DNA from: Neodothiora populina
Taxonomy: Eukaryota
Length of the DNA: 64,000 nt
Assembly (NCBI RefSeq): GCF_041146345.1
Contig: NW_027191411.1
Location: 434,001 to 498,000, forward strand
Direction: 5' to 3'
Shown piece by piece: positions 13,786 through 26,879 of the stretch; within the stretch, counting starts at the first letter, position 1; every line of letters begins with the position of its first letter. Below the pieces are notes generated by a model, which ran no database searches, was not told the origin of the DNA, and saw only the letters and a program-made list of their open reading frames with translations. The translations under genes were made by a program, and so were the position numbers.

Positions 13786-14298
13786 GTTGATCTCCAAGGT
13801 GTTGAGAAAAACGAAACGATCCGCTGTAGGCCGATCATCTTTCTTTTATATCTCTATATATCTATATATAAAGATATGGACAGACGACATATGCAGCTAA
13901 ATCAAAGCTAGGGGGGCGACATGGTCCGTAGCATGATGCAGAGTCCATCCTGCTGATCCACAATTGGACTTTTCGTTACTAGGTATCACAAAATATAGTG
14001 ACTATTCCTTCGGCGATGGAGACAGCAGGACGAATGGTGGTATGATGGACGGCTTGCCTGCATGGGTACCTTGCAGAGTTTCTCAGCTTACTCCAGACTG
14101 TCGGAGCAACTCCAATCATCTTCCCGTTGTTGTGTTACATGCAGGAACATAGAGCGGGGTACGAACGATCATGCATGGGCCATGAGATGGAGACTAGCCG
14201 AGTCATGCTGCTTGCCTCTAGCGCAAGCCAAGATCGACTGTGCATGCAGTCCGGTGTGAGACGGAGCAAGATCCAGTGTTTCTGATTGAAGAGGAATC

Positions 14299-16434
14299 TC
14301 AATCGTCTTGCTCGCCTTCATCTCTTGGCATCTTGACTCCGAGCATACTCATGAGGTTGCCAGCAGGTCCACTCGTACCGGTCTGTCCTTTGAAAGCCTC
14401 TAGGAGATTTTTGAGCATGTCGGCGTCCATACCACCGAGAGGATCTTCGTCGCCACTGCTATAGTCGTCGTCCTCATCTTCGCTCTCCACCTCGACGACC
14501 CGATTCTTGCCTTTGCCACTGAGACCAGGAGCGAATCCAACACTCTTCGCTTTCTTCGTTTTTGATTTATTCTTCTTCGGACCTTCCGTGCCAGATATAT
14601 GGTCTTTCGCGATGGCCTCACGGATTTTTTCCCTTTCGGCTTTGTCGGCTTTGGCTTTGCCCTTCCCACCGTCAAGATCCAGAGCACCATGACCCTTGAG
14701 TTCCTCCTCCATCAGACGCATGATTTCTTGGACGTCGGCTTCCTTGTCTCGTTCGCCTTCTTCTTCATCTTCCATTTCCAAAGCGAGTTTCCGTGCTTCT
14801 TCGGTTAGTCCAGAGGTCTCTTTTTCTGAATCAGGCATGCCCATCATCTCCCGCATTGCTTTCTCGAATTCTGCATCAGTGAAGGAGGCTTCTTTGTCCT
14901 CACCCTCTTCGTCAATGTCAGAGTCAGAGTCGGGATCTGACGAGTGATAAGACGACAAGTCGTCGTCGTCGTCGTCGTCGTCGTCGGAAAAGGCAGCACC
15001 ATCGGGACCGGCTTTGTCGTCATTGAGAAATTTCTCGAAGTTGTTGACGATATTGCGGAGATTCTCTTGGGTCTTGACATCACCGAATCCGTCTTTGCCA
15101 CCCTTCGAAGGTAAGTCGGCTTGCCTAGGGTCTGTCGATGAGGATGATGCAGCATTAGCTGTAGTCGCAGTATTCCCTTTGTTCTTGCCGTCTAGCTCCC
15201 GCTCGAAATCCTCAAAGTTGATATCTAGCCATTTCTCGTCGTCGACGACTCTAGACCATGATCCCAAGTCCTTGTCAGAAGGAAGTTCGTCTTCACCTTC
15301 CTCCAGATCCTCGATGAGCAATCGGATTTCTCGCACAGCTCTCTTATTCTGATTCTGTGGATCTTGGACAAGCATCTCAAAGCCGCAAGTAAGCTTCATT
15401 CCCATGGCAACCCTGGGCTCCTTGATCCTGGGGATGACCGAAGTCCAAGAGGGTGGCGGAGGGAAATCCTGGGAATGGAGCTGGGCATAGCCAACTTTGT
15501 TGAACTTGACACTCACATCCACAAAGTCCTCGGGAGAAAAAATTAGATTAGCAGTGTCTTTGGTCGCCAATGGTTTCACGGCAATAGGATCGCGAAGATA
15601 AAAGGCCTCGACAGCTGGGGAAATGTAAGCAGGGTTGGCGTGGAGCAGGTAGGCTAATTTCCGCGGGATGGATAAAAGTGCATGATGATGCGAGGAGGAA
15701 ATGGCTACAGGATAGTCGTAGAGTCTATGGAACGCTTCTTCTTCGATGAAGGGTGAATGAATCAGACTCTTCGGCGTCGTCTCTATGAATTTGATAGCAT
15801 CTTTCAGCGAGATTTCGGCAGGCAGACCGGGCGTTTTTGGTCCCGCTGCACCACCCTTTGCGTCTTGCGCCAGTGGGACAATCTGCAGTTGACCGCGGTT
15901 GATCCAGATCCTGTAGGGTGCGACGTCCGGCTCTAGCCATTTCGGTAGAGTATTGGCAGCTTCGATAAGAAGAAATTCACCGTCTGTGTCGTGTACTCGG
16001 ATCCAAGCATCAGGAAATCTTTTGCTCAGTTCTCGTAGCAAGAAAACAATCAGCCACTCATCGGCGATGGAGTCTCCGAAGTTCGTCTGGCCACGCAAGT
16101 GGTGTGTGTGTGGCGACTGACCCTTTTCGTCCGTCTTCTTGGCACCCGCAGCAGCATTATCTGAGGAAGCAGAGAGCTTGTGTGGATGAACGAGTTCTAG
16201 CGTGAACGCTGCTCGCTGCCAAATGTAGTCTTTTAATAACTTCTTGACCAAGTCATTCGCAGCAGCTTGGATTTCTCGGAGCCTATCACGAAGCAGAGAT
16301 TCGTGCGCCTTGAACTTTTGATCGATAACAAAAACGCTGTACTCGACGCAGTCTTCCGGGACTCTTTTGGGGAAGCCTTGGAAGCCCTCTTCGTCCACCC
16401 ACTTGAAGTCATCTTCAGCTTTTGGGAGATTCAT
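14299..16434 (-). CDS. ECD: Ecdysoneless / SGT1 (hSGT1) family protein
   Basis: YIWQR, G.TNFGDSIADEWLIVFLL, DTDGEFLLIEAA..LPKWL, AFYLRDP, GMKLTCGFEML, and an acidic C-terminus ending NLLEAF..Q.G.SGPAGNL. Confidence 0.9.
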   Translation of the reverse strand: MNLPKAEDDFKWVDEEGFQGFPKRVPEDCVEYSVFVIDQKFKAHESLLRDRLREIQAAANDLVKKLLKDYIWQRAAFTLELVHPHKLSASSDNAAAGAKKTDEKGQSPHTHHLRGQTNFGDSIADEWLIVFLLRELSKRFPDAWIRVHDTDGEFLLIEAANTLPKWLEPDVAPYRIWINRGQLQIVPLAQDAKGGAAGPKTPGLPAEISLKDAIKFIETTPKSLIHSPFIEEEAFHRLYDYPVAISSSHHHALLSIPRKLAYLLHANPAYISPAVEAFYLRDPIAVKPLATKDTANLIFSPEDFVDVSVKFNKVGYAQLHSQDFPPPPSWTSVIPRIKEPRVAMGMKLTCGFEMLVQDPQNQNKRAVREIRLLIEDLEEGEDELPSDKDLGSWSRVVDDEKWLDINFEDFERELDGKNKGNTATTANAASSSSTDPRQADLPSKGGKDGFGDVKTQENLRNIVNNFEKFLNDDKAGPDGAAFSDDDDDDDDDLSSYHSSDPDSDSDIDEEGEDKEASFTDAEFEKAMREMMGMPDSEKETSGLTEEARKLALEMEDEEEGERDKEADVQEIMRLMEEELKGHGALDLDGGKGKAKADKAEREKIREAIAKDHISGTEGPKKNKSKTKKAKSVGFAPGLSGKGKNRVVEVESEDEDDDYSSGDEDPLGGMDADMLKNLLEAFKGQTGTSGPAGNLMSMLGVKMPRDEGEQDD

Positions 16435-16648
16435 ATTGTCTTTGGGATGCGAGTGGAGAGAGGCGTGCACCCGGGAGTAATGACGGACATTATCTCAGCA
16501 GCACGCAGCGGAGCGGAAAGCTTGGCGCCTGTCGCGATAAGATAAGCACCGAGCTTCATGTGATTAAATGGGCGATTTTCCATTCCACATCATCATCCTC
16601 ATCTTCATCTTACCTTCCGGTCAAATCATCACAACCAAACCACACGGA

Positions 16649-17422
16649 ATGTCACGGACAATACCCCGAGCCCTGAGCTCCCGCCTCCTGACCCGCAATG
16701 TCTTCCCATCACTCATCACAAAAGCCACACGCGCATTCACGACGAGGATGCCTCCGCCCTACGCAACAGCAGCAACAGCAACAGCAACAACAACACCGCA
16801 CCCTCCCCGAGCAGCGATGCCCATGCCCTTCGTGACCGAGACCGTCGGCGGCGGCTGGCACACATACGACATCTTCTCGCGCCTGCTGAAAGAGCGCATC
16901 ATCTGCCTGAACGGCGAAGTGGACGAAGTCATCTCGGCGTCCATCGTGGCGCAACTCTTGTTTCTCGAAGCCGACGCGCCCGAGAAGCCCATCTCGCTGT
17001 ACATCAATTCGCCGGGCGGGATCGTGACGGCTGGGCTGGCGATTTATGATACCATGACGTACATCAAGAGTCCTGTCAGCACGATATGCATCGGGCAGGC
17101 GGCGAGCATGGGATCGCTTCTGCTGTGTGGTGGCGCTGAGGGCCAGAGGTATTGTCTGCCGCACAGCAGGATCATGGTGCATCAGGTCAGCGGCGGCTAC
17201 CAGGGCCAGGCTAGCGATATCGCCATTCACGCAAAGGAGATTCTGAGGGTCAGGGAGCAGCTCAATAAGATTTATTTGAGGCATTTGACCAAGAAACACA
17301 CCATGGAGGAGATTGAAAAGTATATGGAGAGAGATTACTTCATGGGTGCCGAGGAGGCGCTGGAGTTTGGTATCGTGGACAAGATCCTGGATCGGAGAGA
17401 TGAGGTGGAGAACGACAAGTGA
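16649..17422 (+). CDS. CLPP: Mitochondrial ATP-dependent Clp protease proteolytic subunit
   Basis: [27 protein letters not shown] (catalytic Ser), RIMVHQ (His), ERDYFM (Asp); Arg/Ser-rich presequence; head-to-head with ECD. Confidence 0.95.
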   Translation: MSRTIPRALSSRLLTRNVFPSLITKATRAFTTRMPPPYATAATATATTTPHPPRAAMPMPFVTETVGGGWHTYDIFSRLLKERIICLNGEVDEVISASIVAQLLFLEADAPEKPISLYINSPGGIVTAGLAIYDTMTYIKSPVSTICIGQAASMGSLLLCGGAEGQRYCLPHSRIMVHQVSGGYQGQASDIAIHAKEILRVREQLNKIYLRHLTKKHTMEEIEKYMERDYFMGAEEALEFGIVDKILDRRDEVENDK

Positions 17423-17553
17423 AAAAGTGTCCGCTGCTGTCAGTATTTCAGTATTGTTCGTAATTTACCACCAAGCGCGCCACAAGCAAAGGTCGGGCCC
17501 GCATGTCATACGCTGGCTATGTATCATGTACATGATTGGAGATACCCATCAGT

Positions 17554-19641
17554 TCAATCACTAGCCTCCTGATCACTACACCCAAGATAAAAAATAGCGA
17601 GAGAAATACTGCACACGAGCAGACTCGTAGCAACGCCCGCAGCCCAGCTCGAATTGGCAGCCTGTTTGAGATCAGACGCTCCCTTGAACAACACCACCCA
17701 GCCGGTGTCGCCTTTGCCGAGTCTGTCGCTTTTGCACCAGCAGTTGTCATACACACCAGTGTACTCGAGTAAGGTGGAGACGATGAGCCAGAGCCCGTTC
17801 AGCACTGCTACTGTCTTTCCTGTGTAGCGCAGGAGCACGGCTGCGGCGCAGATGCTCGAGTGCTTCCAGGTACGAGTGTAAGCTGAAGGACCTGAAGCAG
17901 CGGCGTTGGTCTCGGGGTCGTCGCCATTTCGGTATGGTTCTCTGAAGTCCGTCGAAGGCGAGAGTATGTGCTTGTCTTGGTAGAGCAACATTGCCCAGTG
18001 GCTCAGTAGCGCAGAGGTCAAGAGGCATATCCAGACGAAGATGCCCAGACATCCGTACAGCAGATACCCGCCTGAGCGACAGCCGAGACCTACGGTCGGA
18101 GTGAGGTAAGCAATAAGGATCGATGGACCTGTCGTGCCCGCTTGCACGAATACAGCCATTACACACGCGGCCAACAGCCGCTTCCATACTTCTCCCGGTA
18201 TCTCTCGGCGTGTGGGGTAGGCTTTCATACGGGTTCGGGGGTTGCTCAGCCCACAATATCGAGATACCGCCAGACCATCGCCACGCAGATTGCCCTCGCG
18301 CAGCAGAGGATCCCAGCGCTTGTTTTGTCCCGCATCCTGCTCTACGGCCTTGTCGTTTTCGATCTGGTCCAACTCCGTGCTGATTGCTTGTTCAATCACT
18401 CTCGCCACTTCTGACCAGGTGAATAGCTTTGCGTAGTTGTATATTGGTCCGTGGCGACGTTCGTCCCCACCCACATCGGCGCCATTCCACGTGGGTATAT
18501 CAAGATAATCAAGCGTATGTGTCTCGAAGCCACCTTCGTTGGTCTGGTTGCCGTGAGGTTGCGGGGTCAGACCAGAACGGCTCACAATGCCACGTTGGCC
18601 TGCTTTTACTGTGTGGACACCATCCATTATCGGTGGCTCAAGGGCCCGTGTTGCTCCACTATGTTTGAGGGCGTCGTCAATACCCTTGGGCTGTATCTGA
18701 GTGCCGACAAGAACCCATCCCCATATCACAGGAATCTGGAACAGGCTTAGTGAGAGGTTCGAAGTTGACGTGTCCAAGTCCGCTCTATCTTACCAACCAT
18801 AGCCAGAGGCTGCCCGAGGAAATATCTAGTGCCACACCCATATCTCCAACCGATGTGATGAACGACGCAATCACTGTGAAGAGATATGCCACAAAGGCTA
18901 GGAATATCTGCGCGACGAGTGAGGGCGTGACTTCACGTCTTGTGTCTTTCAGCTTCTTCCGAGCATTTATCCACCACTTCAGATTCTCGGGGAGAACGAT
19001 GAGGCTGCTCAGCCAGCCATCTTCTTGTGACAGTCTGATTGGAACCTGCTGGATCTCTTGTAGCACAAATTGTGCCGCCCTTACAAGCAGATGCATCTCT
19101 GGATATGATGAGCGTACATTCGTGCTTAGAGCCCGGTCAAAGAGTTTGTTGAATTTTCCACGAACCCAGTAGCGATTCAGTATCGTCACTGTGAGTGAAT
19201 AGGTGACCAGTGCAGGACTCCCAACCGCAAGGAAAAAGCTCATGACGTTGCTGTAGTTATCGCCCGTCTCATACGGCAATTGTGCACACAGCGCGATCCA
19301 GGGCAAGAAGTAGTTGGTTATACTAGACGCGAAGTTGGGAAAATTGAAGTCCTGCCGTCATGTCAATACTAGTCATCGACAATGATACAACGGCTCTCGC
19401 TCACGATGGGCACGTTTTCACCATTGCATGCCGTCTCGCAGCTTCGATAGGTCACTCCCCAAGTCTGGGCACTAAACTCGGATACGTTGTTGCCGTTCTT
19501 GTCAACGAGTTGAATCCCGGCACTCGCCAACCCTGTAAAGTTCGCTGTGATGTTCATCAAGTGATGGATACATGTGTTAGTCCATTTTGACGGGTTCAGC
19601 GTTGATAGCGCCTGTGGCAAGTCATATGGATTACAGCTCAT
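17554..19641 (-). CDS. Multi-pass fungal membrane protein of unknown function
   Basis: Three ORF segments joined by predicted introns (~19350-19400 and ~18740-18792). Motifs LPWIALCAQLPYE, LAVGSPAL, PTVGLGCRSGGYL and YDNCWC, with several hydrophobic helices. Confidence 0.7.
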
Positions 19642-22104
19642 GGCTGCGGCTCATTGAAGTAATCACCAGATGTACGATATTGCGATAGATTTCAAGGAAC
19701 GTAAGAGCAAAAGAAACATACTCGCTAGAGCGCTCTTGTCACCTACTAATAGTCAGGCACACTACGTGCGCAACGAATACCAACATGATTACGTGTCAAG
19801 CATCATAGGTCTATGGCAATGCAATGCACGTTTAGCGAAAGCCGCGTTTGGGCCTGGATGTTTACTGCCGACCAGCATGCAGCCAGACCAGAATGGGAAT
19901 CTCCAAGGTGGCTTAGCAGGGCTCGATCCAATATTTGTTCCCGCGTGCTCGATGCTGTTGCCCTGCAGTGGATTGTGAAGGTGAAGGAGGAGAAATCAGG
20001 GCCCTGTCAAATGCGTGTGTATCTGAAACAAATGCCCCAGAGATCTAGCGATCTACGATTAGACAGTTGATAACAGGCAGTTGTCTGGCATCTGTCAAAG
20101 ACAGAAAAGACCGAGGAATCGAATTAGTATCAAATCTCCCATAGGGCAGCAATAGTAGTCTATCTCGGCTTCTGATGATCTTCCCAGCAAGGAGAAAGTC
20201 GGTGTCTGACTGTTTTGGGAAGTGTTGGAAGTGAATATCCTGGGTATCTGCGCCGCATTGATGCGTTGTCGATACTAATCAGCCGCACGTGTTGCTTGGG
20301 GTCCGGTCTTGCACCACTACATGTGCACATGGACACGAGGGGGCCGCAGATCGCTGTCGTGATTGGAGGTAGATAGCAGCAGGTTTCCATGTATGGGTAG
20401 CTGGCGCTGAGGCCCTCAGGAAGCCAAGCTTGACGCCTTGTTTTCCCGCACACTCATCTTTGAGCACCTCACGGGACATTGAGGCTGAGGGCTTGTCAAT
20501 CTGCAATGACTCATTACGTGTTGACATAGAAGACATGCGAGTGACATCTCCGATGGGATGAATATGCTGTAAGCGGTAAATGGTATTCACATGGCCAGGG
20601 GCACTCATTTCTTGCTAGATCGTGTGGATGTGTATGCAACCGACAAGTCAATGTACTCGAAGTGAGGTAGACATGGAGTCGACCAGTCGATTCGGAGCCT
20701 CGTAAGGTTAGTGCGTCGGGCCGATCACGGAACGCAAAGTCTAATAATCCACCTGATCTTGGTGAAAAGGTATGCGCAATGGCCGATCACCTGGAGAAGC
20801 TTATCGTACCTTTCTAACCGATTGCGTCGCATCTGTTTGACCAATGTGGGACATAGACAGTGCCAGCACCCTACCTGGTTTTATTGCGCTCTCCCCATAC
20901 AGAGTAACAGATCATGGCTGCTGGACGCCGGAAACCCAATTTTATGATAGTCTCCCACTTCCTGCATCCCTGCTCTGGTCAAGCTATCTTTGCTGGTACC
21001 ACGGTGTCTTGTTGAGTGGTTCAACATAGAAGTCCGCGAAGAGGCAGTTTCGTTACGAATGAGATTGCTTCGCTTCCAGACATCGGGGGCATTGATTCGT
21101 CACAATGGTATACAGATCTCCGGTAGAGTCCACACTTCTTCTGCGGCGGTCCAGTGCGCGCCGTGTGCTCTTTTCGTGCCTAGTAGTTGCCATACTCTCC
21201 AGCCGGTCTCTAGTAGACAGTGGTAACCTAAGGTATCTGCTTTCTTACTAGAGTTTTAGTTTTCATGAGAATCGTTGCATGGATAGCATGATCGAGAGTT
21301 ACTAAATGTGGTCTTTCATTATGTCCATAGGAACCAGCACTAGTCGCTCCTGCCTCTGGAAGAGTGTGCGGGCACAGAACACAGGCACTTGTCACTGCTT
21401 CAGCTTTGACTTTTTGGAGGACGTTATATCTTGTAAGAAGACTCCCTCATCAACATAAAGCAACGACTGCTCGGAACACGCCGTCCGACTCGACTGTCTG
21501 TGTTAAGTTCTAGCGAAGATCTTCATCGATATCAAGATGGTGAGGTTCACTTCACAGGCCGCTCTGAGCACAGATGATCTCGGAACCGCATTGCCAGGCG
21601 CAAAACAGAATACTCACACTGTGCACTGCTACTGAATGCAGCATCGCGACATGAGACACTGGGTAGTCCCCATACTTCACGCGTTTGCCTGAGGTGAGTA
21701 CTCGTACAAAGCGTAGCGTTAGCAAAACTTCAATGGTCTGAGCAAAAGCGGCGATCTGGACCCTCTCAGCTCCAATTGGGCCAAGATGTCTGTCGCGGCG
21801 CCGCTACCGCAGAACACCCGTACACTCGTACTGTCCAGTGGCAGCAAGCAGCAGCACAGGCATGATCTGGAGTCTAAATGGAGTCTACAGGAAATGCTCC
21901 GATTCAAACCCCGCAACGCGTTTTGCGTGGAGAAAAATATTCGATCTCTGGAGCACAGAGTCATTGAATCCTCTTGTAGCTCTATACATTTTTTTAGCTC
22001 GATTTTCGCCTCCTACTTTTCTTCTCTCCCCGATTTTTCTTATCTTCTATTTCATCAATCACAACCCCTCTTTCTCTCCATCAGCACTCACCATCACAAC
22101 CAAA

Positions 22105-23756
22105 ATGGCTGCTACCTACGCCCTCCCCCAGGCCCACAAGGATGTCAGTGAACATAAGCACTATCCCATTCATCAAATGCTAGATGGCGTGAGTCAATGG
22201 ACATCAAAGCTAACAGAAGATGCAGCTCATGGAGAAGTCCCTCATCGAGACTGACCCTGAGATCGCCGAGATCATGGTATGGAACTCTTCTTGATTGCAT
22301 TTGGTATCGATGAGCTCTGACTCACCCATTTGCAGAAACTAGAGGTCCAGCGCCAGCGCGAGTCGATCCTCCTCATTGCCTCGGAGAATGTCACCTCCAA
22401 GGCTGTCTTCGACGCCCTCGGTTCCCCCATGTGCAACAAGTACTCTGAGGGCTACCCTGGCGCCCGCTACTACGGCGGCAACGAGCACATTGACGCCATC
22501 GAGCTCACCTGTCAGAAGCGCGCTCTTCAGACCTTCCGTTGCGACCCCGAGAAGTGGGGGGTCAACGTGCAGTGTCTCTCTGGCAGCCCTGCCAACCTCC
22601 AGGTCTACCAGGCCATCATGCGCCCTCACGACAGACTGATGGGTCTTGATCTTCCCCACGGTGGTCACTTGTCCCACGGTTACCAAACCCCCGCCAAGAA
22701 GTATGCCTTTCTCTCTTCTCTTTCGCGCTGCTAGTCCGTGCCGAGTACACTTGGATGAACCCCGTCTAACCACTGTGTCAATGTAGAATCTCGGCCGTCT
22801 CCACCTACTTCGAGACCTTCCCTTACCGCGTCAACCTTGAGACCGGCATCATCGACTACGAGCAGCTCGAGCAGAACGCCCTCATGTACAGACCCAAGGT
22901 CATCGTCGCCGGTACCTCCGCATACTGCCGTGAGATGGACTACAAGAGATTCCGCGAGATTTGCGACAAGGTCGGCTGCTACCTCATGGTCGACATGGCT
23001 CACATCTCCGGTCTCGTCGCCGCTGGTGTCATGGACTCTCCTTTCGAGTACGCCGACATTGTCACCACCACCACCCACAAGTCTCTCCGTGGTCCCCGTG
23101 GTGCCATGATTTTCTTCCGCAAGGGTGTCCGCAAGACGGAGATGAAGGCTGGCAAGGAGATCCAGACCATCTACGACCTCGAGGGTCCCATCAACTTCTC
23201 CGTCTTCCCTGGTCACCAGGGTGGCCCTCACAACCACACCATCACCGCTCTCGCCGTCGCGCTCAAGCAGGCCCAGACCCCCGAGTTCAGACAGTACCAG
23301 GAGCAGGTCAAGAAGAACGCCGTCGCCATTGGCGAGGAGTTCAAGAGCCGCGGATACACTCTTGTCACTGGTGGCACTGACAACCACATGGTCCTCCTCG
23401 ACCTGAAGCCTCAGGCTCTCGATGGTGCGCGTGTCGAGGCTGTGCTCGAGCAGGTCAACATTGCTTGCAACAAGAACACCACTCCTGGCGACAAGAGCGC
23501 TCTCACCCCCATGGGCATCCGCATCGGTGCTCCTGCCATGACTTCCCGTGGAATGGGCGAGGATGACTTCCGTCGCATCGGCGGCTACATTGACAGCTGC
23601 ATCAAGATTTGCAAGAAGGTGCAGTCTGAGCTCCCCAAGGAGTCCAATAAGCTCAAGGACTTCAAGCTCAAGGTCGCCGGTGGTGATGTCGAGGAGATCA
23701 ACGCGCTCAAGAAGGAGATCGCCGCCTGGGCCGGCACTTTCCCTCTTCCCGTCTAA
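22105..23756 (+). CDS. SHM2: Cytosolic serine hydroxymethyltransferase
   Basis: [37 protein letters not shown]-lysine motif [13 protein letters not shown] and [11 protein letters not shown]. No mitochondrial presequence; strong codon bias; three introns. Confidence 0.96.
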
Positions 23757-25014
23757 GCGCATCTGTCATTCTCGACGCATGCGATGTCATGGTGAAGGCG
23801 GTGTAATCTGAATGTTAGCATTTTATCGGCGTATTTGGCAGGGTCGGTCCAAAACATGGTGGGAACACAAAAGCGCTCAACGCGGGATGTATTAAGGATT
23901 TGGTTTTAGGGGACAGCTTCAACCTGTTTACCCGTTATGATACCAGAGAACAAGAAATATTTAGAGAGAGATTGAAAGAAAATACCATCATTGAAGACGC
24001 TTCTTCGAGACGACGTCGATGATGACATGCATGCAATCGCCCGCTTGATCACCATGCCTTATGTCACCACGTGCACGCTATAACGACACACAGCAAGGAA
24101 TTTCCCTTCGCTGCACGCTGCGACAAGCCGCTGGTGCACCACGAGACGGCACGGCGAAGCACATGTAAAGCAACCAACGAAAGTTGGATATTCCCAGTAA
24201 TAGAAGTGCCAACACAGAGTGACGGTGTGGCTCCGGACCCTGAAACCACGCTTGCGATGGTTTCCCCAGAGACGCCAGTGTTTTCGCGTTCGCTTAAAGT
24301 GGCAACAAGCGCGTCGTCCGACCAAGGATGAGCGAGCATCGCGAGTGGCTGGGGGATTCGAAGGTCTAGTAGTCTGGCAGTCTAGTTATACATTTGGGTG
24401 TTGATAGTCGGCCAGCCAAAAAGATGGCTGGACTCTACCAACCTCATTATTTCACGGATTCGCAGCGCAGACAACACCCCTACACCGCACATGCACCGAA
24501 CCAAAAAGACCTTGCGACTTCTCAATTGCTTTGAGCTAAGCCAATATTCCCCTTCATCCTACACCTTGCCCAATCCCCCACCACTCACGAAAGATAATCT
24601 GTAACTGTCATTTATAACGGAATAACGATCTTCTGACGGTTGGATTTGGTAAACGAAAAGGTAGAACAGTGTCAACGCTCTCACGAATCTACGATACCTT
24701 CGTTTATCAACTTCGATAAAGATAAACGTTCGCTTGCAACTGGTAAACGGCGTTACCATTCCTCGGATTGATTGTCCATCGACGACAAGACTAGAAGTTC
24801 ATCGCCTACCAGGCCCGATCTGTCACATTCCTCGAGCTCTATCATCGCTGTCTGAAGCTTGGATCAATCGACACTGGTCTGAACGAAAAGCACACTCGTC
24901 GGGCATAAGCAAGCCCACTCTCCAGACACCCCCGGCTCCTCAGGGAAGCCGTTGGAGCATCGGTAGTCTTATAACTAATATCATACTTGGACGCCGACAT
25001 CTCATACACACAAG

Positions 25015-25981
25015 ATGGCGAAACAATTGCGTTTCGCGATGGGCATGCAGCGGTTTATACCGTTCATTGGTTACCACCATGTCCTCATGATACTAATAGC
25101 AATCGCCATAATCTTATTATGTGAGTACCACGATTTCCATCCTCTTGTTTTACCGTGTCGACTCTTCTCTATAACTCAAGCAATCATCATTTGCTGACTA
25201 TGTCTTTCTCAACACAGCATTACTACTCGCAGGATGTTCTTCCTCGTCACCGCTCATTCCCGGCATATTCCTAATAGACTTCTACTACAACTCATATACG
25301 CCGACATACGACCCTGCACAAGTTGACCCCGGCGTGACTGCTGCGATAGCCAACATCGTCGGACAAGCTCACCTCGAAGTGCGCGTCGGATACTTTGGTA
25401 TCTGCATAGCTTCAGACGATGGAAACTTTCTCTGCTCGAACAACGCAACACTTCTCGCGCAACAAGTCAGCATTGACCAAGATCCACTGAATTTGATATG
25501 GGTGGCGAACACTTTCAAAGACAGTGTTGTCTTTCCCTATCTCATGTAAGTTGTCCACGATTCATACCTCGGCACCTCAATGTCTCGGCTTGCTGACAAT
25601 ACAAACAGTATCGTGGCCATCATCATGGCATTCGTAACCTTCATCCTCCTCGCCACATTCCCAGGCTGGCACGAAATCCCCAATGAAGACGGCTCAGACT
25701 ACGATCTCAAGCCCTTCCCCTCACGTTTTGTCGCCCAACTATCCCTCGCCTTCATCTTCTTTGCGTCCGTCTTCGTGTTGGTGTCAGTACTCTGGCAACA
25801 CACTGCCTCTGTAGCAGCAGCACAAGTGGCGCAAGATCTAGGGAACGGCAGCGTCAGAAGCGGCGTCGGCACGTCGGCTATGGTACTGGGATGGTTTGGA
25901 TTCGCGTTGCTTATACTTGTCACGATCGGATTCTTGCTCATGATTGTGAGTATACACGTGCTGGATCGGATGATAGAGTGA
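25015..25981 (+). CDS. FIG1: Fig1 mating/low-affinity calcium uptake membrane protein (claudin-like)
   Basis: GYHHVLMILI|ALLLAGCSS, claudin-like RVGYFGIC...FLCSNN, DPLNLIW, FPGWHE, KPFPSR and LWQHTASVAA; introns ~25121-25217 and ~25546-25608. Confidence 0.88.
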
Positions 25982-26879
25982 GACGAAACAGCACAAACGG
26001 GAAAAAGATAAATGACCCAGGGGCAAATAAACCTCGAGGATGATGCGAGATGGAAGGCAATAGAAAACTGGATAATTTCGAACCGGAATTGGAATAACGA
26101 GAAGATACGACAAGGAAGCAAAGATTACGAAAAGGACAGAAATGAGCACGAAGGCACGAACGAGGATGACACTCAAGGAAGTACAGGAAAATGTACTACC
26201 AGACGAAAGAAAGGAAAAAGAGAAATACGAACAAGATTCAACAGAAGAGACAAGAAAAATTGGGCGAGACAGGAGGACCATGTACAAGACCAAGGCATGC
26301 TCTTCCTCTCATCTTTCCTCTTCCACAAACCCAACACCATTATGCATATCGCAAGCTTTTTTTTTCTTTTCACTTCTACATACGCGCATTCAGCGTCAGC
26401 ATTAGCATTGCGGAAAGGAGTTTGGGATTCTCTTAGACAACCCCCGTTCAAACCTCCACTTTACATCTTTTTTGATACGAACTATTGTAATTACTACTCT
26501 TTTTCTCTCGTTTCTTTCTTTGTTTACGCTTTTTCCTGGTTTTCACGCCGGCTCCTTCACAGTGAGGTTGGCTGCTTGACGGATTGGTTTAGATAGGTGG
26601 GACGAGTGTATATATAGACTTTAACCTTTTGACTTCGCGGAACGATAGGAATATATAGGTACTTGTGAATGGATGGTATTTGCCTTGAAGCGTATCATAC
26701 TTTCTTGTCTTGTGTCCTTGACGTTTCACATGTGATGCGTATTGCCGGTCATCGATCAAGTTTTGTCTTAACTGCAAAAGACGGGATGAGAGGTGAGCTG
26801 ACTAGGCGTAGATTCATAGCGGCGTCATCATTGTCAAAAATTCACAGTAAGCAAATAAAGTCAAGGGAAACAAAACCGC

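Noticed and set aside
19700..21750. Many short ORFs in a 2-kb intergenic region
   Set aside because: None shows a recognisable domain, codon bias or coherent exon chain.
22339..23762. Long antisense ORFs (144 and 343 aa) opposite SHMT
   Set aside because: Shadow ORFs expected from the strong C-ending codon bias of a highly expressed gene; no independent motifs.
26012..26596. 194-aa ORF after FIG1
   Set aside because: Low-complexity purine-rich then T-rich sequence typical of a 3' UTR or intergenic DNA.
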